DNA from: Squalus acanthias
Taxonomy: Eukaryota
DNA: 64,000 bases
Assembly: GCA_030390025.1 (NCBI GenBank)
Contig: CM059425.1
Coordinates: forward strand, 174,778,001 to 174,842,000
Direction: 5' to 3'
In this document: positions 38,058-51,609 of the stretch, piece by piece
Position numbering within the stretch: the first letter of the stretch is position 1
How the letters are laid out: every line of letters starts with the position of its first letter
The notes under the pieces: generated by a model
What the model was told of the DNA's origin: nothing
Database searches by the model: none
The model's input: the letters and a program-made list of their open reading frames with translations, nothing else
Position numbers and translations under genes: made by a program

Positions 38058-38850
38058 CAACAACAACAACTTGTATTTATATAGCGCCTTTAACGTAGTA
38101 AAACGTTTCAGCAGCAGATGAGCTGAGGCAAGGGTGGAGACGGGCAATGTTACGGAGGTGGAAGTAGGTGGTCTTTGTTATGCTGCGGATATGTGGTCGG
38201 AAGCTCATTTCAGGGTCAAATATGACACCAAGGTTGCGAACAGTGTGGTTCAGCCTCAGACAGATGTTAGGGAGAGAGATGGAGTCAGTGGCTCGGGAAC
38301 GGAGTTTGTAGCGGGGACCGAAAACAATGGCTTCGGTCTTCCCAATATTTAATTGGAGAAAATGTTTGCTCATCCAGAACTGTGTCGGACAAGCAGTCTA
38401 TGACAATTTAGACACCGTGGAGGGGTCGAGAGAAGAGGTAGTGAGGTAGAGCTGGGTGTCGTCAGCGTACATGTGGAAACTGACGGTGTTTTCGGATGAT
38501 GTCACCAAGGGGCAACATGTCGATGAGAAATAGGAGGGGGCCACGGATAGATCCTTGGGGGACACCAGAGGTAACGATGCAGGAGCGGGAAGAGAAGCCG
38601 TTGCAGGTGATTCTCTGGTTACGATTAAACAGATAAGAATGGAACCAGGTGAGTGCAGTCCAACCCAGCTGGACAACGGTGGAGAGGCGTTGAAGGATGG
38701 TGTGGTCAACTGTGTCAAAGGCTGCAGACAAGTCAAGAAGGACGAGGAGGCATAGCTTACCTTTGTCACAGTCACAAACGATGTCATTTGTGACTTTGAT
38801 GAGAGCCGTTTCGGTACTGTGGCAAGGGTGGAAACCTGATTCAAGGCAAT
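38058..38850 (-). mobile_element. L2 LINE RT fragment joined directly to its 3' tail (internal deletion at ~38105)
   Basis: SAAFDTVDH, GVPQGSIRGPLLF, HMYADDTQLY, FHLRNIARLHPCLSSSAAET, then an immediate (TTG)n tail. Confidence 0.85.
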
Positions 38851-39199
38851 CACATAGTCACTGTTGGGTGGTGGGGGCGGGGGCGGGGAAGGGGAGGGTG
38901 TGGGATGTGGTGTGGGCGGGGAGAGACCTGAAAAGATGACACTGCTATAAAGTATATTGGTACTTCTCTTAACCTTCTCTGACCCAGTGAAAATTGTCTC
39001 GGTATCTCAAGTTTCCTTAAAGGTTGCTGATAACTGGTATCATCCTGGTAAATCTATAGTGTACACTGTCTTTAATGTCCCCTCTATATAGAGCACCTAA
39101 AACTGCCTAGTTGTTTGTCTAACTTAATTTCCTTGTACTAAATCGAGCAATGCTTCTTTCCTGATTTGGAAAACAAAGTAAGAGTTATCTAGGAGACCA

Positions 39200-41600
39200 A
39201 GGAGTGCATGCGAGATGGTTTCCTGGATCAGTATGTGGAGGAACCAACCAGGGAACAGGCTATTCTGGATCTGGTACTGTGTAATGAGAAAGGGCTAATC
39301 AATAATCTTGTGGTAAAGGGGCCTTCAGGGACAAGTGACCATAATATGATTGAATTTTACATTAAGTTTGAGAGTGATGTAGTCCAATCTGAAACTAAGG
39401 TCTTCAATCTAAACAGAGGAAACTACAAGGGTATGAGGGACAAGTTGGCCATGGTAGATTGGGAGACTACACTAAAAGGTATGAAGGTGGACATACAATG
39501 GCTAACATTCAAGGAATTAATGCATAATTTGCAACAAACATATATTCCTCTAGGAAATAAAAACCCAAAAGGAAAAGTGATCCAACCATGGCTAACAAAA
39601 GAAATTAAAGCTAGTATTAAGTCAAAGGAGGAAGCTTATAAAGTTGCCAGAAAAAGCGGTCAGCCTGAGGATTGGGATCTTTTTAGAAATCAGCAAAGGG
39701 GGGCCAAGAAATTGATAAAGAAAGGGAAAATGGAATATGAGCACAAACTAGCGAAAAATATAAAAACGGATTATAAAAGCTTCTATAGGTATGTGAAAAG
39801 GAAAAGACTGGCGAAGGTAAATGTAGGTCCTTTACAGTCAGAGACGGGAGAACTTATAATGGGGAATGAGGAAATGGCAGAGAAATTAAATAAATACTTT
39901 GTTTCTGTCTTCATGGAGGAAGACACAAAAAACCTTCCAGAAATACGAGAAAACCAAGGGTGTGGCGAGAATGAGGAACTTAAAGAAAGTATTATTAGTA
40001 CATAAACAGTACTAGCAAAATTAATGGGACTAAAAGTCGACAAATCCCAAGGACCGGATGACCTACATCCTAGGGTTTTGAAAGAGGTGGCCATTGGAAT
40101 AGTGGACGCATTGGTTGTCATCTTCCAAAATTCTATAGATTCTGGAACGGTTCCTGCAGATTGGAGGATAGCAAATGTAACCCCGCTATTTAAGAAAGGA
40201 GGGAGAGAGAAAACGGGGAACTACAGACCTGTTAGCCTCACATCAGTAGTTGGGAAAATGCTGGAATCTATTATAAAGAATGCAATAACTGGGCACCTAG
40301 AAACTAATAGTAAGATTGGGCAGAGTCAACATGGATTTATGAAAGGGAAATCCTGTTTGACAAACCTATTGGAGTTCTTTGAGGATGTAACTAGTGGAGT
40401 AGACAAAGGGGAACCAGTAGATGTGGTGTATTTGGATTTTCAGAAGGCCTTCGATAAGGTCCCACATAAGAGGTTGGTGAACAAAATTAGGGCACATGGA
40501 ATTGGGGGTAATATACTAGCATGGATTGAGAATTGGTTAACAGACAGAAAACAAAGAGTAGGGATAAACGGGTCTTTTTCAGGATGGCAGGCTGTGACTA
40601 GTGGGGTACCGCAAGGATCGGTGCTTGGGCCCCAGCTATTCACAATCTATATCAATGATTTGGATGAGGGGACTAAATGTAACATTTCCAAATTTGCTGA
40701 TGATACAAAGCTAGTTGGGAGTGTCAGTTGCGAAGAGGATGTGAAGAGGCTTCAAGGGGATCTCGACAGGCTCAGTGAGTGGGCGAGAACATGGCAGATG
40801 GAATATAATGTGGATAAATGTGAAGTTATCCACTTTGGTAGGAAAAACAGAAAGGCAGAGTATTTCCTAAATGGTGAAAGATTGGGGAATGCAGATGCTC
40901 AAAGGGACCTGGGTGTCCTTGTACATGAGTCACTGAAAGTGAATGTGCAGGTGCAGGAAGGCAAATGGTATGCTGGCCTTCATTACAAGAGGATTTGAGC
41001 AAAGAAGTCTTACTCCAATTATATAGGGCCTTGGTGAGACCACACCTGGAGTACTGTGTACAATTTTGGTCTCCTTGCCTAAGGAAGGATATACTTGCCA
41101 TAGAGGGAGTGCAACGAAGGTTCACGAGATTGATTCCTGGGATGGCGGGACTGTCGTATGAGAAGAGATTGAGTAAACTAGGCCTGTATTCTCTTGAATT
41201 CAGAAGAATGAGAGGGGATCTCATTGAAGCATACAAAATTATTACAGGGCTTGATAGGGTGGATGCTGGGAGAATGTTTCCCTTGGCTGGGGAGTCTAGA
41301 ACCAGGGACCACAGCCTCAGGATAAAGTTTAGGCCATTCAGGACTGAGATGAGAAGAAGTTTCTTCACACAGAGAGTGGTGAATCTTTGGAATTCTCTAC
41401 CCCAGAGGGCTGTGGAGGCTCAGTCATTGGGTATATTCAAAACAGAAGTCGATAGATTTCTGACTAATAAGGGCATCAAGGGATATGGCGATAGGGCCGG
41501 TGAATGGAGTTGAGGCAGAAGAGCAGCCATGATCTCATTGAATGGCGGAGCAGGCTCGAAGGTCCGAATGGCCTACTCCTGCTCCTGTTGCTTATGTTCT
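39200..41600 (+). mobile_element. CR1 LINE, 5'-truncated, young (ORF2 with about two frameshifts)
   Basis: ORFs 39208..40005, 40024..40998 ([27 protein letters not shown]) and 40965..41513; 3' end CCGAATGGCCTACTCCTGCTCC. Confidence 0.95.
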
Positions 41601-42299
41601 TAAGGAGCCTTATGTTTGAGCAGATGGCATTCTTTAATTCCAGTCATGTCTTCTGCATTAGCAGACTTCAACCTTTGAATTGGCTTCAGTTAGTGTCAAT
41701 GGCTCATGGGTACTAGCCAATTATATTCAAGCCTGTAGTTTCTTTCTGTAATGACAAGATGTGCATCACCTCTTCTGGAAGGAGGAACCAGAAAATCATC
41801 TAGTTTTACAAGCATGCTAATCGACACGCATTAACTGTTTTAGCTAGGAATCGATTTCTACACATCCATTACTATCGGGTGGGGAGGGGAAGATATCATT
41901 ATAATATTTTCCTGCTTGATGCTTATTAATATCCGTCATGTCTTCTAGTTCTGTATTAACAGTCCAGATTTAATCACTGCTTAATCTGGAATATTCATTT
42001 CTCTTAGCATTTTAAAACTTGGATCATATCTTCTTTCAGGACAAGTTTAGTTCTGTAATTCTTAGAACCTATTCTTCGCGCTTCTCTTTGAGCCCTCCAA
42101 ATGCATCAGTGTCCTTCTGAAGGCGAGGTACTCATAATTGCTCATAGTAGAAAGAAAGGAAGACAAATTTATATTGGGGTGAGTCAGGCTCATGTGCTTT
42201 GTATGCATCCGACTTGAATGTTGCTGAACTTGATTATATTTTTTAGTTCAGCTAATTTACATGTTAAGGACAAGTGCCAAGAATGATTCATACCTCCGA

Positions 42300-42720
42300 G
42301 AACATAAGAATTAGAAGCAGGAGGAGGCCAAACGGCCCTTCGAGCCTGCTCCGCCATTCAGTAAGATCTTGGCTGATCCTCGACCTCAACTCCATTTTCC
42401 CGCCCGATCCCCATATCCCTTGATTCCCCTAGAGTCCAAAAATCTGTCGATCTCAGGCTTGAATATACTCAATGACTGAGCATCCACAGCCCTTTCGGGT
42501 TGAGAATTCCAAAGATTCACAACTCTCTGAGTGAAGAAATTCCTCCTCATCTCAGTCTTACATGGCTGACCCCTTTTCCTGAGATTACGCCCCCTAGTTC
42601 TAGACTCTCCAGTCAGGGGAAGCAACCTCTCAGCATCTACCCTGTCAATCCCCCTCAGTATCTTATATGTTTCAATGAGATCACCTCTCATTCTTCTGAA
42701 CTCCAAAGTGTATAGGCCCT
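42300..42720 (-). mobile_element. CR1 LINE 3' end
   Basis: EFRRMRGDLIETYKIL...FFTQRVVNLWNS. Confidence 0.9.
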
Positions 42721-43519
42721 ATATAGTGCTATATGGTGCTGTTCATTGGGGGAGGGATTTTATGTGCTGCTTCAAATCTTCAAGGCCTGCAACTTCTAAA
42801 AGGGGCTTTTGTTGTTAGCTATGGTTCTAGAATGAGAAGGAAAATGTTGGTTAGCAGTTGTGGCGACAGTAGCAGGGTGCCTTTTTTAAGGAGGAGACTG
42901 TAGAAATCTTGCTGCAGCAAGTACAGCAGAAGGGGGACATCCTGTTCTATCCTGATGGTTGTCAGGTCAGCTGAAATGTGGGTCAGTGTTGAAAATATTC
43001 AGTAACCTTAATAGGAATGACAAGGTAGGGGACGGCAGTGTGACCTCGTAATAATGCAGCGCAACAACTATTTGTAGCATGAACAGTTACCTCCTATCCA
43101 CACTTAACACCACCTCTGTTTCCCAGCACCACTTCCTTCAGCAGGAACCTCAACCATATCCAGGTGCAGCACCTCCATGATGCATGTTTGCATTTTCCCA
43201 ACACCTATGAATAACACCCTGATACATGGGTATCAGTGCATGTCATGACAGCAATATCAGCTACTCAGTGTATGCCACTGATTTTGCAGAAGAGATGAAG
43301 AGGACAAGAACAGGGGAGGACCAGCAAGCTTACATATCTTTCTAACTTTTGACGAGCAGGCCCTTCAAATACATGAACTGAATTTTGAAACTGAAGCAAA
43401 AGATGAGGAAGAAGGTGGCCTGGTCCCAACTGAGGGTTTGTAGCATACTTATCTTGTTTTTGGTTTCCATTATTTGAGTCATGCACTCAGTATTATCAAA
43501 GCATACGTTGGAACAGCAA

Positions 43520-46500
43520 ATCCATGCCAGTAAAGAGCGCGAGAGCAGCAACGAGAGGAGCGGCAAGAGGAGCGGGAGCAGCGGCGCTGTAAAGAGTGCG
43601 AGAGGAAGTGGAGGCAGTGGACCTGGGCGAGACCAGAGCGGGGGCAGAGCGAAAGAGGCAGCGGCTCACCAGAGGCAGAATCCAAAAGAGTGACGTCAGA
43701 GTAGAAAAAGTGACATCGGCACAAGGGAAGGAACTGATTGGTGAGTAGCTGGTGAGTTTTTTTTTTTAAGTTTGAAGTTTATTTCTGCTAAGTTAATTCT
43801 TAGTCTATTAAATAGAGGCATGGCAGGGCAGCTCAGTTCTGTGGAGTGCACATCCTGTGCCATGTGGGATGTCCTGGATGCTTCACGTAGCCTGGATGAC
43901 CACATGTGCAGGAAGTGTCACCAGCTACGGCCGCTCGAGATCCGTGTTTCAGAGCTTGAGCGGCAGCTGGAGTCACTGCGCTGCATCCGCGAGGCTGAGA
44001 GTTATGTGGATAGCACGTTTCTGGAGGTGGTCACCCCGCAGCTTAAGAGTATGCAGGCAGAGAGGGAATGGGTGACCGCCAGACAGAAGAGGAGGACCAG
44101 GCAGGTAGTGCAAGAGTCCCCGGAGTGCATCTCGCTCTCCAACCAGTATTCTGTTCTGAGTACTGGTGGGGGTGATGGTTCCACTGGGGAGTGCAGCCAG
44201 AGACTAGATCAAGGCACCACGGGTGGCTCAGCTATACAGGGGGGGAGGAAAAAGAGTGGAAGAGCAATAGTGGTAGGGGATTCGATAGGAGAGCAGTCGG
44301 GCGTTTCTGTGGCCGCAGACGTGACTCCAGAATGGTATGTTGCCTCTCTGGTGCCAGAGTCAAGGCTGTCACTGAGCGACTGCAGGACACTCTGAGGGGG
44401 GAGGGTGAACTGCCAGAGGTCTTTGTCCATATCCGTACCAACGACATAGGCAGAAAGAGGGATGAGGTCCTGCAGGCAGAGTTTAGGGAGCTAGGAGAGA
44501 GATTAAAAAGCAGGACCTCAAAGGTAGTAATCTTCAGATTACTCCCGGTGCCACGTGCTAGTCAGTACAGGAATAGGAGGATAGAACAGATGAATGAGTG
44601 GCTGGAGAGATGGTGCAGGAGGGAGGGTTTTAGATTCCTGAGGCATTGGGACTGTTTCTGGGGAAGGTGGGACCTGTACAAGCCGGACGGGTTACACCTC
44701 AACAGAGCCGGGTCCAATATTCTCACGGGGAGGTTTGCTAGTGCGGTTGGAGAGGATTTAAGCTAGCTTGGCAGGGGGTTGGGCACCAGCATATAGGAGT
44801 AGAAAAGAGGAATAAGGTGCATGAAAGAGTGAGTGTGTTGGATAGTACTGGAGAAGAAAGTAGTACCATATTAGATAGGAGCAGACTAAGAAAGACTACA
44901 AAAAATTCAAAAATGGATTTAGAATGCATGTAAACACACAAAGTGTGGTGAATAAGAGTGGTGAACTACAAGCACAATTAGCCATGTGGCAATAACGGAA
45001 ACGTGGCTTAAAAACAGTGAGGACTGGACACTTAATATTCAAGGGTACAAGGTGTTCATAAAAGATAGCGAAGGAAAAAAGGGAGGTGGCGTGGCAGTGC
45101 TGATTAAGGAAGACATTGTAGTGTTGGAAAGGGAGGATGTTCTTCAGGGGACAAGGACAGAAACCATTTGGTTAGAGTTGAGGAGCAAATGAAGGGATAA
45201 TTACCAGTCCTAGCCCTTTTTGGGCCACCCCGGATCTGGCGTATTCCCCAGACGTTCACCTTCAACTAAAGTTAGAGATAGCCGAATCCTATAAGACGTT
45301 TAATTGGGTCGAAAGGTTCAGACTATCTCTCCCTAAAGAAAGGAACGACTTGAAGATGTTACCATCCTCCAGACAGCACTATTAATAAGTTTAACTAGAC
45401 TAACTTTCCGGATATTATGAGGGTCCGGAAAACTCCTCCAGAATTCTGCAACTCCTCACCAAAGAGTGTACAGAGATTGAGTTTGCGAGTTTGATACAGA
45501 AGTACTATGTGAGATAGTTCTAAAAATATATAGATTTATTAAAGAACCGACATGTAGTTAACAGTTGGTGAGTCAATCGCAACTTTAACAGTTCAAAATA
45601 CAAATAGCTTACAATTCTTCTCAGAGATCCTTATTCTCAAATCTTAACTTCGTTACATTTTTACATTTCGTACTTATTTCTAATCCAGAATATTCACCAA
45701 AATCAAATACCTTTGATTACCCGAGACTCTCAGAGTTGTAAACTTAGAGCTTGTCTCTGAAGTTGAGAATCGCTTGCCCCTTCCAGCGACTTCTGTTTTC
45801 CCATTTGAAAATCCTATCTTTTATACTCTTTCTCAGTGGTATATCCTTTGAAGTTTTCTGCTGATGTAAGCTAATTATCTCTAGTCATATTTCTGTTGAC
45901 TTCTTTCTATTCTTACTGTCAGTTCAGCTGTTAGCTTGCAGACTTGTGTCTGCTGTGTAGGTGTTCGAAACTTATAAAAAACGGTTATAACTGATGTATC
46001 TGTTTGATGCCATTCTTACGAAGGTCTTCCATTCAATTCTTAAATCACCTCAGCTGGTTATAAGCAGACGTCGTGTCTCCTAACTGTTCCAAGTTCAATA
46101 CAAACACAATGTGATTGCTTGGTGCATCTATTGATGTCATATTTACAAAGTCTTTTGTTTGTATCTTTTACAACATGTGAATTAAAAACACTTCAACTAG
46201 GGTGATCTATGCAATTCTTATTTGCCTCAGTTAGTTGTATTGCAGATTTATGTCTCCTGTCTTTCATTTGATGTCATATTTATGAAGGCATATTATTCTT
46301 TAATGTTCTGTGTTTCTGTTCGAAGTGTTAGTTTTATGACACCTTAAACTGGGGATTCCATTGTGTTCTTCCGAAAGCTCAGACTTTCTGGAAGCTCTAA
46401 TCTGCTGCTTCAATGAGGCTTTTGTTTCAGTGTCAACAACTGATCTTTATCTCAAAAGCCTGTATGGTATTTACAGCTTTGTGTTAACAACTCATCTTAT

Positions 46501-46835
46501 CTCAGAAGCCTGTATTTACAGCTTTAGCTTGTTAAGGCTTCCAGATTTTTAAACCCAGTTTGTCATGTTTTAATAATCAAAATTCTTTCATAGGATGGTG
46601 TATTTTTCTGAAATATGGCTATTCCTTTACACAAAAAGGGTATGATCACGCTATTGGGGGGAGTCTATAGGCCTCCAAATAGTGAGAGGGAGGTAGAGGA
46701 GCAAATCTGCAGGGAAATCGCAGAGATATGCAAGAGCTATAGAGTGGTAATATTGGGGGACTTCAATTACCAAAAAAAAAGGGCATGGACTCGATGGGCC
46801 GAATGGCCTCTTTCTGTGCTGTTATGACTCTATGA
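43520..46835 (+). mobile_element. CR1 LINE with 5'UTR, ORF1 (zinc finger + coiled coil + SGNH esterase) and APE start; RT deleted; interrupted by a solo LTR
   Basis: CTSCAMW..CRKC, VVGDS, HIRTNDIG, PDGLHLN; AITETWL...WLELRSK|KGMITLLGGVYRPPN..LGDFNY; jumps to the CR1 3' tail at ~46780. Confidence 0.88.
45190..46631 (-). mobile_element. Solo LTR (ERV-like or Gypsy-like), 1442 bp, 4-bp TSD CAAA
   Basis: TG...CA termini; CAAA at 45186-45189 and 46632-46635; the CR1 reading frame resumes across it; - strand TATAAAA (~45820) upstream of AATAAA (45535-45540). Confidence 0.82.
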
Positions 46836-49699
46836 TTGTAGGTGAATACTCCATGCCACTAATTTGTAATGAAGAATGTGTTTGTAATGCTTTATCTTCT
46901 CTTCTATAGGTATAGCAGAAGAAGCTAAGCTGGGGCCCAACAATTGGGCGCAATCATGTACTTCACAGCACATCGTATCACTCAGTCTCACCCTGGTATC
47001 CTCTCTAGGGGATTTAGAAAGTCAATATAAGGAGAGTACACTCGGTGAGGCAGCACAAGGGTGCAGGAGCAAGTGGATGTGGCACAAGGGTAGTAAGAAA
47101 CAGATGGCAAGAAGGTGAGATCACAACCATGCACAGCTAATGGGGACAAGGATCCTGATTAGTAGGGTCCAGATTTTAAAAGAACCATGTGATCTGAGCA
47201 TGAAAGATTGTTCATGTCATTGGGGAGTATACCGACCAGCTTTCATCACATGGGGACTAGTGTGGAGGATCCCACAACCTATAAAGGTGGTGCATTAATG
47301 CATGGGATAAAAACACTGCAATGCACCATGGAGTACATGGCAACTCCAGAGCCATTAGGGGTGGAGCCCTCCCAGGATTGAGGCCCCAATGGCAGTCTTG
47401 GCATATCTCAAGAATGCTCAGATTTCTGCCGTACAAGCCGTGAGCTTTAATGTTGATTCTTCATTGGATAGCTTTGGTAATCAAAGGGAGTGAACTATTG
47501 ATAGGGACTTCAATAAAGTTGTTGCTGACATTTAGTCAGCTGGGCTGCAAACCACCATGATGCTGTTGCTGACTCTTCTGTTGGCAGTGCATCTGCATCA
47601 TTTCACCAGGCCCCTTTGATGTACTGAAAAATAAGCAGGATAAGGCTGCACAGGTAACTAGAAGTGGTGCGTGCAGCTGGACTATCTCAGGCCCATATGA
47701 TTGAGTGCAACCTCAATCCCAGAAGTCTCACATGGTCACAGCTGCCAGTCTCTTCACAGGTTCCAACTATTGGGATAAAACTGAGAAGAAGCACATAATT
47801 CGGTTAGTGAGGGGAAGTGCAATGGTAGCAAGCAATAGAATTAGAGAAACAGTAATTGGATAAGAAAATATTGTAATATTGTAGTTACAAGCGCAGAGTG
47901 TTTCATTGATATGGTTCAGGGCCATATTTATGCAGTATAGCTGGTGGTTAAGAAAGTTGCTGTACAAATGTAGTTGATGGGGATTTTTCAGACATGGGAA
48001 GGTAGAGGGAGGACTAAGTGCTAAGGGTGGATGGGGTAATTATAAGAAGTTGTTATCGGAGAGACCGTCAAACAGCTCTTGCATCTGGCAAAGGTGCTTG
48101 TTCACTTGGATCGTTTGGCTCCTCAAGGTCCTGAATGAAGTACCTGTGGTAATGTTCAGTGCCCTCCTGCTGTGGCATGTCCATGTTCATATTGATTCCT
48201 CAAAGAAAAGCAAAATTATGGATCATGCAGTAAACAACAATGATTCATGACACTTCGGTCAGGCTTTGGCTATTATATGCCTTTTGAGCTATAAAGGCAT
48301 TGGAATCTTTGTTTTCCCATGCTTGTGCTGTTAATGAAAGCTCTGGTTAATGCATGCACCTCATTGCACCTGTGCTCGGAATCTGAATGGAGCTGCTGTA
48401 GTTATGGTTATGAGCTATGGTTGGAGAGAGTAGACAGGCACTCAGAAGCCAACTTTGCACTTCTCTTTGTGGATCAAATAAGGGGGCAGTAGTGGATGGC
48501 CTTAAAATGAAAGCATCACAGCTGTTGCAGGGGAAAGAGGCATTTACTTGCGTGATTCTATGCAGATGGTTATAGACTTCTTGCACAATGGTATAATGAT
48601 GACCTTTTTAGTTTATGAATTTTCCACTATTATATGTCGGAGCACATGGGGTTACACGTGTGCAATCAGTGATACCCTGGACTTTAAAGAATGCAGCCGT
48701 TTGGCAAAACTTTAGGGCTGTTGCTGATTGTCCATAGGGGAAGTGATAAAATTGCTTACTCTAGGAAATAACATGACAATCACCTGCTTTATGCATCTGT
48801 GGACTTCAGACTAACTGCTGATGTTTCTACCATCTGCTTGTAAAGAGTTGAAGGCAGAAAAAGTTCAGGGCTGGCAGCACCATTCTTCTGGAGTTTGGCT
48901 AGAGGTCATCATAATTTACACAGCACAATACTGCTGCTGCTGCCTTATTGAATCTAAACCTTTACATGCGTTGTCCCTCAGACAAATAAAGATAAGTCCG
49001 CCGTTGCTGATAGATTTGGTTGGAAAAGTAATGGTGGGTAGGAGCCCTCTTCCTGTAATGTCTCCTGGTTCCAATTGCATCCATTGGTTCCTCTTCATCC
49101 TCTGTTTCTCCAAGTGATACAAATAAAGTCGGATTTCCATCGGAACACTGGAGATAATGATCTCTAAAGCTGCCCTGCAAAGCTCCTTGCCCCACACAGT
49201 TGAGCAGAAAGGAAAAATAATGAAGCTAAAGTCTGTACGTTGTTGGCTGCCCCTTTAACGAATCTTTTATGGAAATGTGCAGCCCAGCAACTGTCAACAC
49301 CCAGTTTATATAGGCAAGATTTGAAAGTGACATTGCACTGGCATGTTAACTGGAAAAAGATCATGAAAGAGTAATGACATCACTGGGACATCATTATGAT
49401 ACTATGAGGCTCCTGCCTCTTTCAGGAGCCTGCTCCTGCCACCAGTCCCTCTGAAAATGTAGGGGATGTACAAAAGGGGTGGAGACCCAGTGTTACAGGT
49501 ATCTGCAACTTTTTCCAGTCCTGTCTGCCCTGGAAACTGCCGCACATGGGACATTAACCAACATATAAACCGGCTCCATGGCCTGTTAACCATATTTTAG
49601 AAACATCTCAAAAGTGTTTTGCACACAATGAATTGCTATGACATGCAGTAACTGTTGTGTAGGCAAAAGTGACTACCATTTTCCACAATTCTGCTTGAC

Positions 49700-51300
49700 A
49701 AACTTAATTTAAAAATTTTGAGGAGGTAACAGCAATGGTAGATGGGGGAAATCCATGGATGTAGTGTACATGGACTTTAGGGAAGAATTTGACACAGTAC
49801 CTATGGAAGGTTACTAGAGAAGATGAAGGAGTGTAGAATTAGGGGTAGGATAGTAAACTGGATTAAAAATTGGTTAGTAAAGGGAAAAGATTTAAGGGCA
49901 GTTTTTCCAGAGTGATTGGAAGTTGGGTGGTGGTGTCTCACTCAGTTTAGATTTGGGGTCCTTTTGTTCACTGCTTATCAACCATTTTGATATCGGTCAA
50001 GAGGGAATGGAGTAGAAATTTGTAAATTATACCAAAATAGGAGGTATAGTTAATTTTTTAGAAAGCCAAAGGAAGTTGCAAAGGAATATTGAAAAGATGG
50101 GGGAAATGGGCTAAAAAATAGCAAATGGAATTGAATTTGAATAAGCGCGGTCATATATTTTGGTTAAAAAAATAACAGCAGTAATTATTCTCTGAAAGTA
50201 AGTAGTTATGGTGCTGTGGAAGAGCAGAGAGAGTTGGGGATATAGATTCACAGGATATTGAAGACAGAACCTCAGGTTGATAAGGCCATTTAAAAAAAAA
50301 TAGCTAATAGAATTCTTGGTTTTATCAGAAGGGGTATAGAATATAAAACCAAGGTAATGATGAGCCTACATAAAACCTTAATGTGGTTGCCATTAGACTA
50401 CTGTATGCAGTATTGGGCTCCACACTGTAGAAAGGATATTGAGGCTTTACAGTGGGTACAATGCAGATTTACTGGGATACTACCTGGTATGAGGCAATGC
50501 AAATATGAGGAAAGACTTGAAAAAAAATTTTTTTCATTAAAATAATGCAGATTATGGGGCAATATGATAGAATTATTTAAAATTATGAAAGGATGGATCA
50601 GAGTAGATAGAAGCAGGTTGTTTCCAGTTGTTGAGGGGTTTGGAACAAGAGGCCATGGACGCAAAAATAAATGTAAGAGATTTAGAACAGAGAGGAAGAG
50701 AAACTTCTTTATTTTCTCATCCTTCCATGGCCTCGCCCTTCCCTATCTCTGAATCTCCTCCAGCCCCACAAGCCTCCGAGATATCTGCGCTCTTCCAATT
50801 CAGGCCTCTTGAGCATCCCTGATTTTAATCACTCCACTATTGGTGGCTGTGCCTTCAGCTGCCAAGAACCTAATCTCTGGAATTCCCTCCCTAAACCTCA
50901 CCTCATATCTTCCTCTCTTTTCTCCTTTTAAGGTGCTCCATAAAACCTACCTCTTTGACCAATCTGTCCTAATATCTTCCTATGTGGCTTGGTGTCAGAC
51001 TTTGTTTTATAACGCTCCTGTGACGTGCCTTGGGATGTTTTACTACGTTAAAGGCGCTATATAAATACAAGTTGTTGTTGTACACAGGAAGTTGTGAGGC
51101 TGTGGAATTCATTTCCAAGGTTAGTGGTTGAGGCAGAAACTGTATCGGCATTCAAGATCAGATTGAATAGGTGGATGAAGGAAAAGCTATCAAAACGATT
51201 TGGGAACAGGATAAATATCATTGGGAGTATTTGCTCACGTGGATGGTAAATACCGACACAGACTGGTTCGGTCGAATGGCCTGTTGTTACTTCTATGTAT
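49700..51300 (+). mobile_element. Old CR1 3' half with a nested L2 3' end (~50710-51080)
   Basis: LDYCMQYWAPHCRKDIEAL and YEERLEK; L2 (TTG)n tail at ~51070; CR1 3' end at ~51280. Confidence 0.75.
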
Positions 51301-51609
51301 ATTTCTACGAAGAATGGTCACTTGGAGGAGGTATAGAAGGGCTTTTGGTTTCAGTGCTTTCAGGAGAGGAGAGGAGAGGAGTAAAATAATAAGAAAAATT
51401 CTGGGCGTTATTCACCTAAGTTTGTTTTTTAAGATTTGGATTGCATAGAATGTACAGCACAGAAACAGGCCATTCGGCCCAACAGGTCTATGCCGGTGTT
51501 TATGCTCCACACGTTGATTTCGCTCTCTTTTATAAATTATAATAAAAGTGGCTTTCCTGTAAGAGAGATTACTCGGGATTCACTACATCTGAACCTTTTA
51601 ATTTTAGTA

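Larger units (their letters stand above)
42820..49420. mobile_element. Old PIF/Harbinger copy 3, split by a CR1 (43520-46835)
   Basis: + strand Myb-like RVPFFKEETVEILLQQVQQKGDILF (~42875-42950) and RTRTGGGP (~43300); - strand nuclease remnants QVNASFPCNSCDAFILR (48347..48586) and YQQRRTYLYLSEGQ (48962..49195). Confidence 0.65.

Noticed and set aside
40024-40998. Functional or novel reverse transcriptase system
   Set aside because: Ordinary CR1 ORF2, 5'-truncated and frameshifted at both ends.
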